A DNA stretch of 32,000 bases from an uncultured archaeon (GTDB lineage Archaea; Iainarchaeota; Iainarchaeia; Iainarchaeales; JAAZKV01), in contig CAZKBG010000001.1 in the NCBI GenBank assembly GCA_964551375.1, positions 60,001-92,000 on the forward strand, given 5' to 3'. Position 1 is the first letter of the stretch. Every line of letters starts with the position of its first letter. Positions 1-8,446 of the stretch are shown here, piece by piece. Both the position numbers and the translations under genes were made by a program. The notes below the pieces were generated by a model. It did not search any database. It saw only the letters and a list, made by a program, of their open reading frames with translations, and was not told the origin of the DNA.

Positions 1-210
1 CAACTGACGTAAAGAATTGATAAAGTCCTTCATTTAGCCAATTTGACGCACTTTAGAGTTTCGTCTGATTTTGAAAGTGGCTCAAAATGCCCTAAAATCA
101 ACCCTTTTTCAATGCGTAATGTCGGATAATCATTCTTATCCGGTATTTCCCCTTCACAAAATATGTAAGTTTTTTTAAAAGTGCCCTGAATAATTTAGTA
201 GTGGAAGTCC

Positions 211-227
211 GCCACCGTGGGGGTGGC
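211..227. other. Short G/C-rich hairpin (GCCACC-GTGGG-GGTGGC)
   Basis: Perfect 6-bp inverted repeat with a 5-nt loop in an otherwise AT-rich, apparently non-coding region. Confidence 0.4.
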
Positions 228-327
228 ATAAATAAAGGTGGCCTAAAATCAAAAGTATGGAAAACAGCCCCTATATTGTTATGTATAAAGTAAGATTAAT
301 ATTTGAGTTTGGCAGTTAATTTTCCTT

Positions 328-516
328 ATGAAAGCGCCAAAAACAATAACAAGCCGAGGAGTCCTTGGACTTAGGACTTCAAAAAAAGCCAGGCCAATGA
401 GTTCAACAACTGCTTGGGCAGCTGGGGGCCAAAATCCAGCTAGGAAAATGACTCGAAAACAGGAGCGGCTGATGAAAGATTATCTGCGCTACTTGGAAGA
501 GAATCGCAAACAATGA
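328..516 (+). CDS. Small basic hypothetical protein (62 aa)
   Basis: ORF with no competing ORF in the track; Lys/Arg-rich C-terminus (MTRKQERLMKDYLRYLEENRKQ). No family recognised. Confidence 0.4.
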   Translation: MKAPKTITSRGVLGLRTSKKARPMSSTTAWAAGGQNPARKMTRKQERLMKDYLRYLEENRKQ

Positions 517-847
517 CTGGGGTTATCGCAGACAATGAATTGAATTGTTGTCCACAGATCTATCCAAATCAACACACAAAACAAACCCTATTTTTTCATT
601 AAACTGATTTTAAGCATTTTTGACTAATTTCAGCCTAAATTTGAACTTTATTTGTTATGGTGGCTTATGGCTAATTAGTGGCTAAAGTTAGATAATGGTT
701 ATTTTGAAGGGGGGTTGGGGATTGTAAAAAATGTCCAAGAAAGTGAGTGAATTTATTGAAAAACATAATTTTTGAGGCAGGTAAAGCCCAAAATAGTTAT
801 GTTTAATTAAGGAATAAAGTGTTTCTTTTGCTAATAGTTTTTTCAAC

Positions 848-1723
848 TTATTTTTTAAAGGTTTTTGGCTTGGTTGATTTTTGCTTTGCCCAAGTATCGC
901 TTCCACGGGCAAGAGCAATATTGGCAGCTACTTTGCGATACACTTTAAGCCCTGACCTAATGGCTCTTTTTATTGGGGTTCCTTTTTGTTTCTGCCCCTT
1001 TGGCGGGCCAAGTTTATCCAATAAAGGAGTAAGGCTTGGGTAGTATTTTTTTATAAGCGTTCTTGAAACCTCGTTTCGCTTATGTAGCCTCAAAGTATCA
1101 AGCAAAGTTGGGGCATATGAATAAACATGCGCTTCATTAACCACTCTAAATCTTCCCCACAATTTTAAAGTCAAAAAAGTGTCTTCATGAATTCGCTGAT
1201 CTTTTGGCATGATAATCTTTCTTGCCTCTTCCCTTCTAATGGCATAGCATCTCCCGTGAATTATTCCTTGGGTGAATGAATCAGGGTTGATTTTTGTTTT
1301 CATCACCATTTTCTTTGCGGGTTGAAATTTAGTCAATTTTTCATTCACATAAATCGCCTTTGCGCTTGCCGCGGCAAGGTTTGGCTCTTTATGGAGAGTT
1401 TTGAGCAGCTTTCCAAAACTATCTTCTTTTAGCACAACATCAGCATCAGCAAACAACAATACTTTTGACTTTGGATTGCTTCTTCTGACAAGCTCCATCC
1501 ATGCATTATTTTTTCCCTTTTCTTGTAGAACAAGCACTCTCACATGCGGGTCGCGCTTGGCAATTTCCAGCGCAATTCTTTCGCTGTTATCAGTGCTTCC
1601 ATTGATGCAAAATACAAGCTCTTTTTCAGCTGATGTTTTCCAAAGTCCGAGTCGGGTTATATTTTCATAAATATTTCTGATTGACTCTTCTTCGTTATAT
1701 GCCGGAATGCAGATTGAGAACAT
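848..1723 (-). CDS. Glycosyltransferase family 2 protein
   Basis: N-terminal FSICIPAYNEEESI, FCINGSTDNS, and DADVV (DxD-like). Start placed at the internal ATG (MFSICIPAYNEE) because a TATA-like box lies 27 nt upstream; the track start is 1768. Confidence 0.88.
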   Translation of the reverse strand: MFSICIPAYNEEESIRNIYENITRLGLWKTSAEKELVFCINGSTDNSERIALEIAKRDPHVRVLVLQEKGKNNAWMELVRRSNPKSKVLLFADADVVLKEDSFGKLLKTLHKEPNLAAASAKAIYVNEKLTKFQPAKKMVMKTKINPDSFTQGIIHGRCYAIRREEARKIIMPKDQRIHEDTFLTLKLWGRFRVVNEAHVYSYAPTLLDTLRLHKRNEVSRTLIKKYYPSLTPLLDKLGPPKGQKQKGTPIKRAIRSGLKVYRKVAANIALARGSDTWAKQKSTKPKTFKK

Positions 1724-1746
1724 GAAGTAATTAGTTTTGTCTATGG

Positions 1747-1753
1747 TTATATA
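1747..1753 (-). promoter_or_regulatory. TATA-like box for the glycosyltransferase gene
   Basis: TATATAA on the minus strand, centred about 27 nt upstream of ATG at 1723. Confidence 0.55.
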
Positions 1754-1860
1754 CTTTTGTAAGGGCAAGAGCAGCTTTTTGGCAAGTGATTTTTTAAAAA
1801 AAAATCAAAAACCCTTAGTGAATATATTTTGTTTTAAGGAAAAAGAGTATTCTATTGGGC

Positions 1861-2502
1861 TTATTTTTCAAGAACTGAAAATGCATGTTTCCATATATTC
1901 TGCCTTGCGCCATATCTTACCCAAAGAACAACAAGCGCTTCAAGCCAATAGGACTCATTAATTTCGCCTAAATCAATTATTTTTTCCCAGCCTAATTTTT
2001 TTGCAATTTCAATAACTTGTTTTTTTGCATCCTCGTCATTTCCGCAGATGAAAAAATCAGGCGTTCCTGCTTCCATTTTTGGATTAATCATGGTGTCTGC
2101 GTTAATGGTGTTAAATGCTTTGACCACTCTTGATTTTGGGAGCCACTCCTGCACCATTGCTCCGCCTGATTTTTGGGGAGTTGAGAGAATTCCAGGCAAA
2201 TCTCCTTTTGAAAAATCAAGTGGGTTAGTGACATCAATGACAATTTTGTTTTCAAAATTTTCTTTTCCTGCAAGATTAATCGCATTCTTTAGCCCAGTCC
2301 ACTTGGCTGCGAGGACTATTATTTCTCCAAATTTTGCCGCGTCAGAAAAGCTTCCTATTGAGGCTTGTTTTCCCTTTCCCTTAAACCATGCGTTTAACTT
2401 GATAGGGTTTCTTGTCCCAATTTTGATTTCATGCCCGAGGTTCAAAAAACCTTCAGCAAGGCTTGTTCCAACAATTCCGGAGCCAAGAATTCCAATTTTC
2501 AT
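1861..2502 (-). CDS. NAD(P)/F420-dependent oxidoreductase-like protein (dinucleotide-binding Rossmann domain)
   Basis: N-terminal MKIGILGSGIVGTSLAEGFLNLGHEIKIGTRNP (GxGxxG) plus VIDVTNPLD and VVKAFNTIN, typical of the NADPH-dependent F420 reductase-like family. Confidence 0.85.
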   Translation of the reverse strand: MKIGILGSGIVGTSLAEGFLNLGHEIKIGTRNPIKLNAWFKGKGKQASIGSFSDAAKFGEIIVLAAKWTGLKNAINLAGKENFENKIVIDVTNPLDFSKGDLPGILSTPQKSGGAMVQEWLPKSRVVKAFNTINADTMINPKMEAGTPDFFICGNDEDAKKQVIEIAKKLGWEKIIDLGEINESYWLEALVVLWVRYGARQNIWKHAFSVLEK

Positions 2503-2626
2503 TTATAACACTTCCATTATTCCTCGCGCAAAAGAAGCGATGCGCATGGAGTGTAATTAATGTGTTTAACTTGTCTAAATTTCTGTCGAAGAAAAGAGAA
2601 TGTGTGAAAAATAATCACATGTGTCT

Positions 2627-3421
2627 CTAAATGCTTTCTTTTATTGCAAAAGTAACTCTTTCCCTTCCGCGAGTTTTTGCCCTGCTGCAAAGCCTATCAG
2701 CAGTGACTTCAGCTCTTTCAATAGAATCTCCTCGTTTCATCCCAACAATTCCCGCGCTGTAATTAAACCTCAATCCTTCCTTTCTTGCTTTTGGATACAT
2801 TTTCCAGCTCTTTAATTCTTCCTGCCTTGCTCTCTCAAATTCAGTTGCAAGAAGCGCTTTTGCCGCTCTTGGAGGCATTGGGAGGTATGCTAAAAATTCA
2901 TCTCCGCCTATGTGTCCGGCAAATCCTCTGGCTTTAGGAACTACTTTTGCAAGTGAATCAGCAAAGGCGGTTAAGAATCCAAGCCCTCCTTCCTTTCTTC
3001 CAAAAAGTGTATTTACTCTTTTGAGTTCATCAATGTCAATATAAACAAGCGAGTGATATCCTTCAGATTGAGTGGATTTTAAAAGCTTTGAAAAGAAAAA
3101 TTCTCTATTAAGCAAGCGGGGAAACTCTTTGTCCCGTGAAGTAAGTTTTGCTTCCTGGAGAAGATAGTGCTGGGTAAGCCCGTGTCTTTTTGCCCTAAAA
3201 CTCTTAATTACTTTTATCTGCTCCGCGATTTTTTCCTTAGGAAAATTTTTTTGAAGCATTAATTCAAGCGTCCTAAATTCTCTTAACAGGCCCTTGTTTC
3301 CAATATCCTGCAATCTCATTAATCCTCTAATTAGTCTTGGTCCATTAGTTATTTTTACTCTCTTCCCCCTCATTTTGTAAAGCGGTTTTTTTATTCCTGT
3401 GCTCTGCGGATTTTGATGCAT
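2627..3421 (-). CDS. GGDEF domain protein (putative diguanylate cyclase-like)
   Basis: LLNREFFFSKL, YIDIDELKRVN, AGHIGGDEFLAYLP, FNYSAGIV and ADRLCSRAKTRGRERV reproduce the full linear motif order of a GGDEF domain. Confidence 0.85.
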   Translation of the reverse strand: MHQNPQSTGIKKPLYKMRGKRVKITNGPRLIRGLMRLQDIGNKGLLREFRTLELMLQKNFPKEKIAEQIKVIKSFRAKRHGLTQHYLLQEAKLTSRDKEFPRLLNREFFFSKLLKSTQSEGYHSLVYIDIDELKRVNTLFGRKEGGLGFLTAFADSLAKVVPKARGFAGHIGGDEFLAYLPMPPRAAKALLATEFERARQEELKSWKMYPKARKEGLRFNYSAGIVGMKRGDSIERAEVTADRLCSRAKTRGRERVTFAIKESI

Positions 3422-3440
3422 AATAAACTTTTAGGCATAC

Positions 3441-3450
3441 TTTGTATTTA
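3441..3450 (-). promoter_or_regulatory. TATA-like box for the GGDEF gene
   Basis: TAAATACAAA on the minus strand about 26 nt upstream of ATG at 3421. Confidence 0.45.
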
Positions 3451-3454
3451 ACAC

Positions 3455-3970
3455 TTACTCGATGTAACTTTGTTTTGAATAAGGGCAGCACTCATCAAAT
3501 TCATCTTTTTCCTTGCTTTCCTGTTGCGTGGGGTTGTCACAGCGCCCTGACTTTAAGTATTCTTCAAAAACCTCATGCAAGTTCTTAATCAAATTATGTT
3601 CTTTGTATTCCTTTGGATTAATCCACTCAAACTTATCGTGGTCCTTGCTTAGTTTCACTTCGCTTGTTTTTGATTTGCACTTAAAAAAAATTCTCACAAT
3701 TTGAAGCTGTTCTCCTTTTACAACAGGATAAGCTTCATTAACAAAAAACGCATTTCCTACTTCAATTTGGTTATGTTTAAGTCCAGTCTCTTCTTCTATT
3801 TCTCTAAGCAAATTTTCCTGAATTGTTTTGCCCGCCTCAATTCTTCCGCCAACAACATCAAAAAATCCTTCTTGAGTTCCATCAGCATACTTTTTAGACT
3901 CGCGCAGAACAAGCACCCTGCCCTCATGCTCAATGAATGCTTTGGCAGCAACAAATAGTTTTGTTTCCAT
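3455..3970 (-). CDS. NUDIX hydrolase
   Basis: Nudix box GGRIEAGKTIQENLLREIEEETGLK matches Gx5Ex7REUxEExGU. Confidence 0.93.
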   Translation of the reverse strand: METKLFVAAKAFIEHEGRVLVLRESKKYADGTQEGFFDVVGGRIEAGKTIQENLLREIEEETGLKHNQIEVGNAFFVNEAYPVVKGEQLQIVRIFFKCKSKTSEVKLSKDHDKFEWINPKEYKEHNLIKNLHEVFEEYLKSGRCDNPTQQESKEKDEFDECCPYSKQSYIE

Positions 3971-3992
3971 TTAGATTATCTTGGATTTTGAA

Positions 3993-4000
3993 GTATAATT
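3993..4000 (-). promoter_or_regulatory. TATA-like box for the NUDIX gene
   Basis: AATTATAC on the minus strand about 26 nt upstream of ATG at 3970. Confidence 0.5.
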
Positions 4001-4079
4001 AATTTTGCTTTATTGTTCCTTAATTTGTTTTATTGTCCCTTAAACTTGAACTAATAACAATTAAATATGTGGAAGAAGT

Positions 4080-4511
4080 TTGATAGTTTGGACTGGGATA
4101 ATTTTGGATTTAATAAAACAGCTAAATGATGAGCACAAAGAAATTCTGTACCTGCTATCTTCGCTTGAATCAGCTGCAAAAACAGGGGTTGTGGAACAGC
4201 ACACTTTTCTTAATCAAATCACTGAATTAAAAGAACTTTTAGTAAATCATCTTGCGGTTGAAGATAATTTGTTGTATTCAAAAATCAGGCAAAGTAAATC
4301 AGCAAAAGATCGTGAAACAGGGGAAGCTTTTTCTAAAGAAATGGGCAAAATTGCTGAGAAGGCAATGAAGTTCTTTAATACGTATGATAAGATGCCGGTT
4401 TCTTCTCTCCTTAAAAACAAAAAATTTATTTCGGATTTTGAAGAAATCACTTCAGCAGTGAGAAAAAGAGTTGCAGTTGAAGAAAGTGTTTTATTTAAGC
4501 TGTATAATTAA
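4080..4511 (+). CDS. Hemerythrin-like (HHE cation-binding) domain protein
   Basis: IKQLNDEHKEILYLL, LVNHLAVEDNLLYSKI and VAVEESVLFKLY match the HHE helical metal-ligand pattern. Start is TTG; true start uncertain. Confidence 0.75.
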   Translation: MIVWTGIILDLIKQLNDEHKEILYLLSSLESAAKTGVVEQHTFLNQITELKELLVNHLAVEDNLLYSKIRQSKSAKDRETGEAFSKEMGKIAEKAMKFFNTYDKMPVSSLLKNKKFISDFEEITSAVRKRVAVEESVLFKLYN

Positions 4512-4585
4512 GCTTATTTTGAAAACCCTATGATTTTAAGTTAGTGGATTTTGGGGGCAGACAAATTGTCCAATAAAGTGTGTAC

Positions 4586-4783
4586 TCATTTTTTCTTGGA
4601 TTTTTTTAACTCTTCCTCAAGAACAATGAGCTGTTTTTTGCAGGTATAAATAGTCTGGGCGGCTTCGCTAAGCCTTGATTCAGAATACAAATTTGCGTCA
4701 AGCTTTTTGTTCTTAGACTGCCTAAGCTGAGCGGAAGCAATTCTCTTTCTCAATCTGCTGATTTTTTTATGCAGTTCTGACAT
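4586..4783 (-). CDS. Small coiled-coil hypothetical protein (65 aa)
   Basis: ORF with heptad-like charged composition (MSELHKKISRLRKRIASAQ...LEEELKKSKKK) in an otherwise unoccupied interval. Confidence 0.5.
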   Translation of the reverse strand: MSELHKKISRLRKRIASAQLRQSKNKKLDANLYSESRLSEAAQTIYTCKKQLIVLEEELKKSKKK

Positions 4784-4831
4784 ATAAGTAAATTAAGCCT
4801 GCTTGTTGTATTTAATCCTGCTTTAGGTAAA

Positions 4832-4840
4832 CTATATATC
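4832..4840 (+). promoter_or_regulatory. TATA-like box (CTATATATC)
   Basis: Located about 28 nt upstream of ATG 4864. Confidence 0.55.
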
Positions 4841-4863
4841 CCGCAAATGAGGATAATTATGTT

Positions 4864-5562
4864 ATGCAAAACAAGCCTGTGCGAAAAAACTCTTTTTCAA
4901 AGCCAAAAGTGGACAAAACAGACCCTGCAAGATTTAGGCGAACAACAAGATTAACTTGGCATTTAATGGAAGCCTCAAGAAAGCTTGGAAGAGGCCCTCC
5001 AAACGTAAAAGCAAAAAAAGTCGCTGAACTGGTTCTTGAAAAAATTCCAACTGATTTAAACATTATTCACTCTGAAAAAAACCGCCTTTTTAGAAGAAGC
5101 GCGCATAATGCTCTGCTTTATAAAAAGCCAATCGGACCAATGCAATGCGCAGAGAGGTGCAATTTAGCAATTGCTCTTCTTAACGCATCAGGAGTAAAAT
5201 CCTGGCTTGCGCGCGTAATTTATTTAGAAAGAAAAACAAAAACTTGGCATTTTCATGATTACGCAGAATTTGTTTCCGGAGAACGCGTTTACACACTGGT
5301 TTTTGGAACAAAGCCTGACGGAAGAGGGGATTATACAATAATACCTGACGCGGTCGAACAAGTTTTTAAAGGCTCAAATCCGGTGGTGTTTAGGGCAACT
5401 GATTCAAAGCAAATAGGCGGGGTTGACAGCTGGGCAACTTACAAAGCATATTCAAGAAAGCTTAACCAGAGCTTTACAAAAGAAATGGTAAAAAATAGAA
5501 GAAGATTGGACCTGTTAATTAGAGAAGGAATAATTCCTCAAGAAGCCCTTTGGCATATTTAA
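4864..5562 (+). CDS. Transglutaminase-like fold protein, paralog 1
   Basis: PIGPMQCAERCNLAIALLNASGVKSWLARV followed by WHFHDYAEF and FRATDSKQIGG gives a Cys...His...Asp order resembling transglutaminase-like cysteine enzymes. Strongly similar to the 9376-10161 product. Confidence 0.6.
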   Translation: MQNKPVRKNSFSKPKVDKTDPARFRRTTRLTWHLMEASRKLGRGPPNVKAKKVAELVLEKIPTDLNIIHSEKNRLFRRSAHNALLYKKPIGPMQCAERCNLAIALLNASGVKSWLARVIYLERKTKTWHFHDYAEFVSGERVYTLVFGTKPDGRGDYTIIPDAVEQVFKGSNPVVFRATDSKQIGGVDSWATYKAYSRKLNQSFTKEMVKNRRRLDLLIREGIIPQEALWHI

Positions 5563-5603
5563 CGAACTTATTAATTCAGGCTCTGATAAATTCAACGCAT
5601 TGA

Positions 5604-6410
5604 TTATTTTCTACGCATTAATCTATTTTGTTTCGGCTTAAGCATGGGCAAAACGCCTTGTTGAGTTCCCCTCAAAAATCTGGCAACAGCTTTTTGCTCA
5701 AGCCAGTCATATTTTCTTTTTGCTCTTGGAAAAGATTTGTACTTGCTTTTTTGAGGAACTCTTCGCCTTGCTTTTTCAGCAATTTGTGCTCTTAAATCTT
5801 TTTCTCTAAGATTTTGCGCGGTTTTTTTAAATTTTCTTTCAGCAAGAACAGCGTCCCTTGCGCCTGCGCCAAGCCCAAATTTCGGCGGAATATTAGTTAA
5901 TTTAAAATCCTTATTAGCCCACCCATGCGGAATTTGAAGAAGCCTTGCCGCAGCCGCATCTTCTTTTAATCTTGAGCCAATCATAAGAGCATCTCTTCTT
6001 TCAATTCCCTCTCTTCGCATAATCTCAGCAATTCTAATTGCTTTCCCGAATGCTTCTTCAGAAAGATAACCTGAATCCCGTGCTCTATCAACTCGCTGTT
6101 CATATGACGCTGATTTGAATACCACTCCGTTATGCGCAGCTCTTTCAAAAAATTCTCTTTTAGTAATAGGTCTCACAATTTGAACGCTGTCAAAAATAGA
6201 AAAATCCCTGTACCCTGCCGATTTAAGCTGGTCGATTAATTTTGAAGGAGTGGTAGCCTGCGCTGTCACAAGCGTAATTTTAACACCCGCTTCAACAATT
6301 TGTTTTAACTTTAGCGGCAAATGTTTTGAAGGCGGTTTGTATGGTTTATGTTTATTTCCAGTAGGAACGACAAGAGTGTATTGGGGTTCAATAAAAAGCA
6401 TCTTTTGCAT
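5604..6410 (-). CDS. HAD-superfamily-like protein with degenerate motif I and basic C-terminal tail
   Basis: ALMIGSRLKEDAAAARLLQIPHGWAN resembles HAD motif III/IV; ITLVTAQ resembles motif II; motif I position reads LVVPTGN rather than DxDGT. C-terminal ~80 aa rich in Lys/Arg. Confidence 0.5.
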   Translation of the reverse strand: MQKMLFIEPQYTLVVPTGNKHKPYKPPSKHLPLKLKQIVEAGVKITLVTAQATTPSKLIDQLKSAGYRDFSIFDSVQIVRPITKREFFERAAHNGVVFKSASYEQRVDRARDSGYLSEEAFGKAIRIAEIMRREGIERRDALMIGSRLKEDAAAARLLQIPHGWANKDFKLTNIPPKFGLGAGARDAVLAERKFKKTAQNLREKDLRAQIAEKARRRVPQKSKYKSFPRAKRKYDWLEQKAVARFLRGTQQGVLPMLKPKQNRLMRRK

Positions 6411-6476
6411 AATTACTCTTCTTCTTTGATATATTTAACATATGAGGTTATGCCCAAGATTATAGCATATGTTAAT

Positions 6477-6485
6477 TTTATATTT
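6477..6485 (+). promoter_or_regulatory. TATA-like box (TTTATATTT)
   Basis: Centred about 27 nt upstream of ATG 6508. Confidence 0.6.
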
Positions 6486-6507
6486 AGGAAAGTTCTATTT
6501 TCTGTGT

Positions 6508-8409
6508 ATGCAAAATAAGGATCAGAAAGGACAGGGTACTATTGAGTACTTGGTTATTATTGCAGTAGTGATTGTGATAGCGTTAGTGGTAGTTGGCTTG
6601 CTCACAGGGCTTTTTGGTGACCTTGGATTGAGCTCAATTTTTGTTACTCCTGAAATTAAAGGACAAATCGGCTCAGGCGGGGTTAGCGTAGTTGATGCTG
6701 CTTCAGACCTTGATGGAAAAATACTTTTAGTACTGCAAAATGACTCAAGCGATTCTTTTGAAATTACCGACATTAATTCAGGCGGTGGAAAATCTTCCTA
6801 CCTTCCGACAAATTTAATTTTAGGGGACGAAAGGAGATTTTTGCTTGATGCTTCAAATCTTGAATGCATATGCTCCGCGGGAGAAACCCGCAGGATTTGC
6901 GAATTTACTGTGACGCTTACTTCAGCCGCGGGGCTTATAAAACAGGAGCAAATAAAAACTACCGTTGACTGCATTTCGCAGATAGTTGACAATCCAACAA
7001 TAATTCACCCTTCAACTGTTGGTTTAATGTCTTTATCATGGGCGCGGGCGTCGCATGATATTAATCCGCCAATTGCAAATATGGAAAGCGCCGGAGAGCA
7101 AGTTGGAATTGATTCAAGTGGAAATGTATTTGTTTATGGATACGCGCATAGGGAATATACTGACATAAATTTTGGAGATGTGTATCTAAGCGCTTCCCCA
7201 AGCGAAGGAAGGTATGCATTTTTGGCAAAATATAACCCGACAGGAACTGTTTTGTGGGCAATTGGAATTCCAAATGCTTGGTCCGGAGCATACCCTCAGC
7301 CGCTTGCAGTTGATTCCAGCGGAAATGTGTATATCACTGGAAATACAGACAGCAACATAGATTTGGGCGGGGGAGTAATTTATTATTCAAATGACTGGCG
7401 TGATTTTTTCATTGCAAAAATAGCGTCAAATGGAACTCCATTATGGATTAGGGGAGCTGGCGCAAATTCAGCTAATAGCGAAGGATTTACTGTGGGGCTT
7501 GATTTAAGCGGAAATCCAATGCTTGCGGGGTTATTTGGCGGAGATTTAAATATTGACAATCACATCCTGACTGATTTAGGCGACGCGATGGTTTTTGTTG
7601 TGAAATATGATTCAGACGGAAATTATCTTTTGAGCCACACAAGCAGAATAAACGGCGCGATGAATATAAAAAATGGAATCGTTGACTCAAGTGGAAATTC
7701 ATATTTCACAGGAGTTCAGCAGGCTGATGTAAACTTTGGCGGAAATGTAACAATTGCTTCAAATGGTAACCAAAATTATTATGCAGTAAAATATGATTCA
7801 AATGGAAATCCGCTTTGGGCAAAAACAAGCTATTCAAGAAACACCGATCTTAGAAGCATTGCAATTGACACTTTGGGAAACGTGCTTTTTACAGGATATT
7901 ATTCAGGAGGATTTTTTGGAAATCCTGATTTAAATATCGGCGAAACAGTGCTTCACGGAACCAGCGCTGACAATTTATTTGTTCTTAAATATTCTTCTGC
8001 AGGGAGCCTTGTTTGGGCAAAAGTATCTGACATTTTAGGAGCTTCAACAGTTTTATTCCCTGGGGGAATGGTTTCGGATTCAGAGAACAATGTATACATT
8101 GCAGGGCAGTATAGAAGCGGGGATGCAAATTTCGGCTCAATTTATTTTCCAACACCAATTCTTTCAACATTTAATTTCTTTGTCTTAAAATATTCTTCAT
8201 TAGGAGTTCCAATTTGGGGAGATTATGCAAAAAGCTCTCAGGCGCTAATGTCGATATATTTGAATTCAATAAGTGCAAGCTCAAACGGAAGCATAGCAAC
8301 AATAGGTGAGTTTAATACAATTGACATTAATTTTGGAAGTTATATCCTTCCAGCTTTGTATGACAGAAACACGAGTTTTTTTGTGGTGAAATACGCGCAG
8401 GCACAGTAA
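6508..8409 (+). CDS. Class III signal peptide surface protein with seven-repeat SBBP-like beta-propeller
   Basis: MQNKDQKGQGTIEYLVIIAVVIVIALVVVG is a typical class III (archaellin/pilin-like) signal. The C-terminal two-thirds is built of repeats of D.(S)GN.Y.(T/A)G ... NFG ... FFVxKY...G..LW. Start moved from 6469 to the in-frame ATG at 6508. Confidence 0.88.
   Translation: MQNKDQKGQGTIEYLVIIAVVIVIALVVVGLLTGLFGDLGLSSIFVTPEIKGQIGSGGVSVVDAASDLDGKILLVLQNDSSDSFEITDINSGGGKSSYLPTNLILGDERRFLLDASNLECICSAGETRRICEFTVTLTSAAGLIKQEQIKTTVDCISQIVDNPTIIHPSTVGLMSLSWARASHDINPPIANMESAGEQVGIDSSGNVFVYGYAHREYTDINFGDVYLSASPSEGRYAFLAKYNPTGTVLWAIGIPNAWSGAYPQPLAVDSSGNVYITGNTDSNIDLGGGVIYYSNDWRDFFIAKIASNGTPLWIRGAGANSANSEGFTVGLDLSGNPMLAGLFGGDLNIDNHILTDLGDAMVFVVKYDSDGNYLLSHTSRINGAMNIKNGIVDSSGNSYFTGVQQADVNFGGNVTIASNGNQNYYAVKYDSNGNPLWAKTSYSRNTDLRSIAIDTLGNVLFTGYYSGGFFGNPDLNIGETVLHGTSADNLFVLKYSSAGSLVWAKVSDILGASTVLFPGGMVSDSENNVYIAGQYRSGDANFGSIYFPTPILSTFNFFVLKYSSLGVPIWGDYAKSSQALMSIYLNSISASSNGSIATIGEFNTIDINFGSYILPALYDRNTSFFVVKYAQAQ
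7108..8400 (+). repeat. Seven degenerate in-frame repeats (about 170-220 bp each) encoding SBBP-like units
   Basis: Repeat cores: IDSSGNVFVYG, VDSSGNVYITG, LDLSGNPMLAG, VDSSGNSYFTG, IDTLGNVLFTG, SDSENNVYIAG, SSNGSIATIG, each followed by an FFVxKY-like segment. Confidence 0.8.
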
Positions 8410-8446
8410 ATTTTTAAGTTACTAAACCTCACTCAGATGATTAAAA

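Noticed and set aside
701-720. G-rich stretch (GAAGGGGGGTTGGGGA) as a G-quadruplex or origin element
   Set aside because: Only two long G-runs are present, too few for an intramolecular quadruplex, and nothing else in the surroundings supports an origin.
819-1043. Plus-strand 74-aa ORF overlapping the glycosyltransferase gene
   Set aside because: Mostly antisense to the well-supported GT2 reading frame; no family motif or independent start context.
2048-2560. 170-aa plus-strand ORF opposite the oxidoreductase gene
   Set aside because: Antisense shadow ORF; the minus-strand frame has a clear GxGxxG Rossmann motif.
6522-8170. Minus-strand ORFs at 6522-6773, 6798-6992, 7061-7291, 7487-7702 and 7985-8170
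   Set aside because: All are antisense to the SBBP repeat protein and reflect its repetitive composition; no motifs.
7108-8400. Idea that the SBBP repeats are a DNA-level tandem or satellite repeat
   Set aside because: Unit spacing is irregular (about 170-220 bp) and nucleotide identity is low; the repetition is at the protein level and is explained by a beta-propeller.
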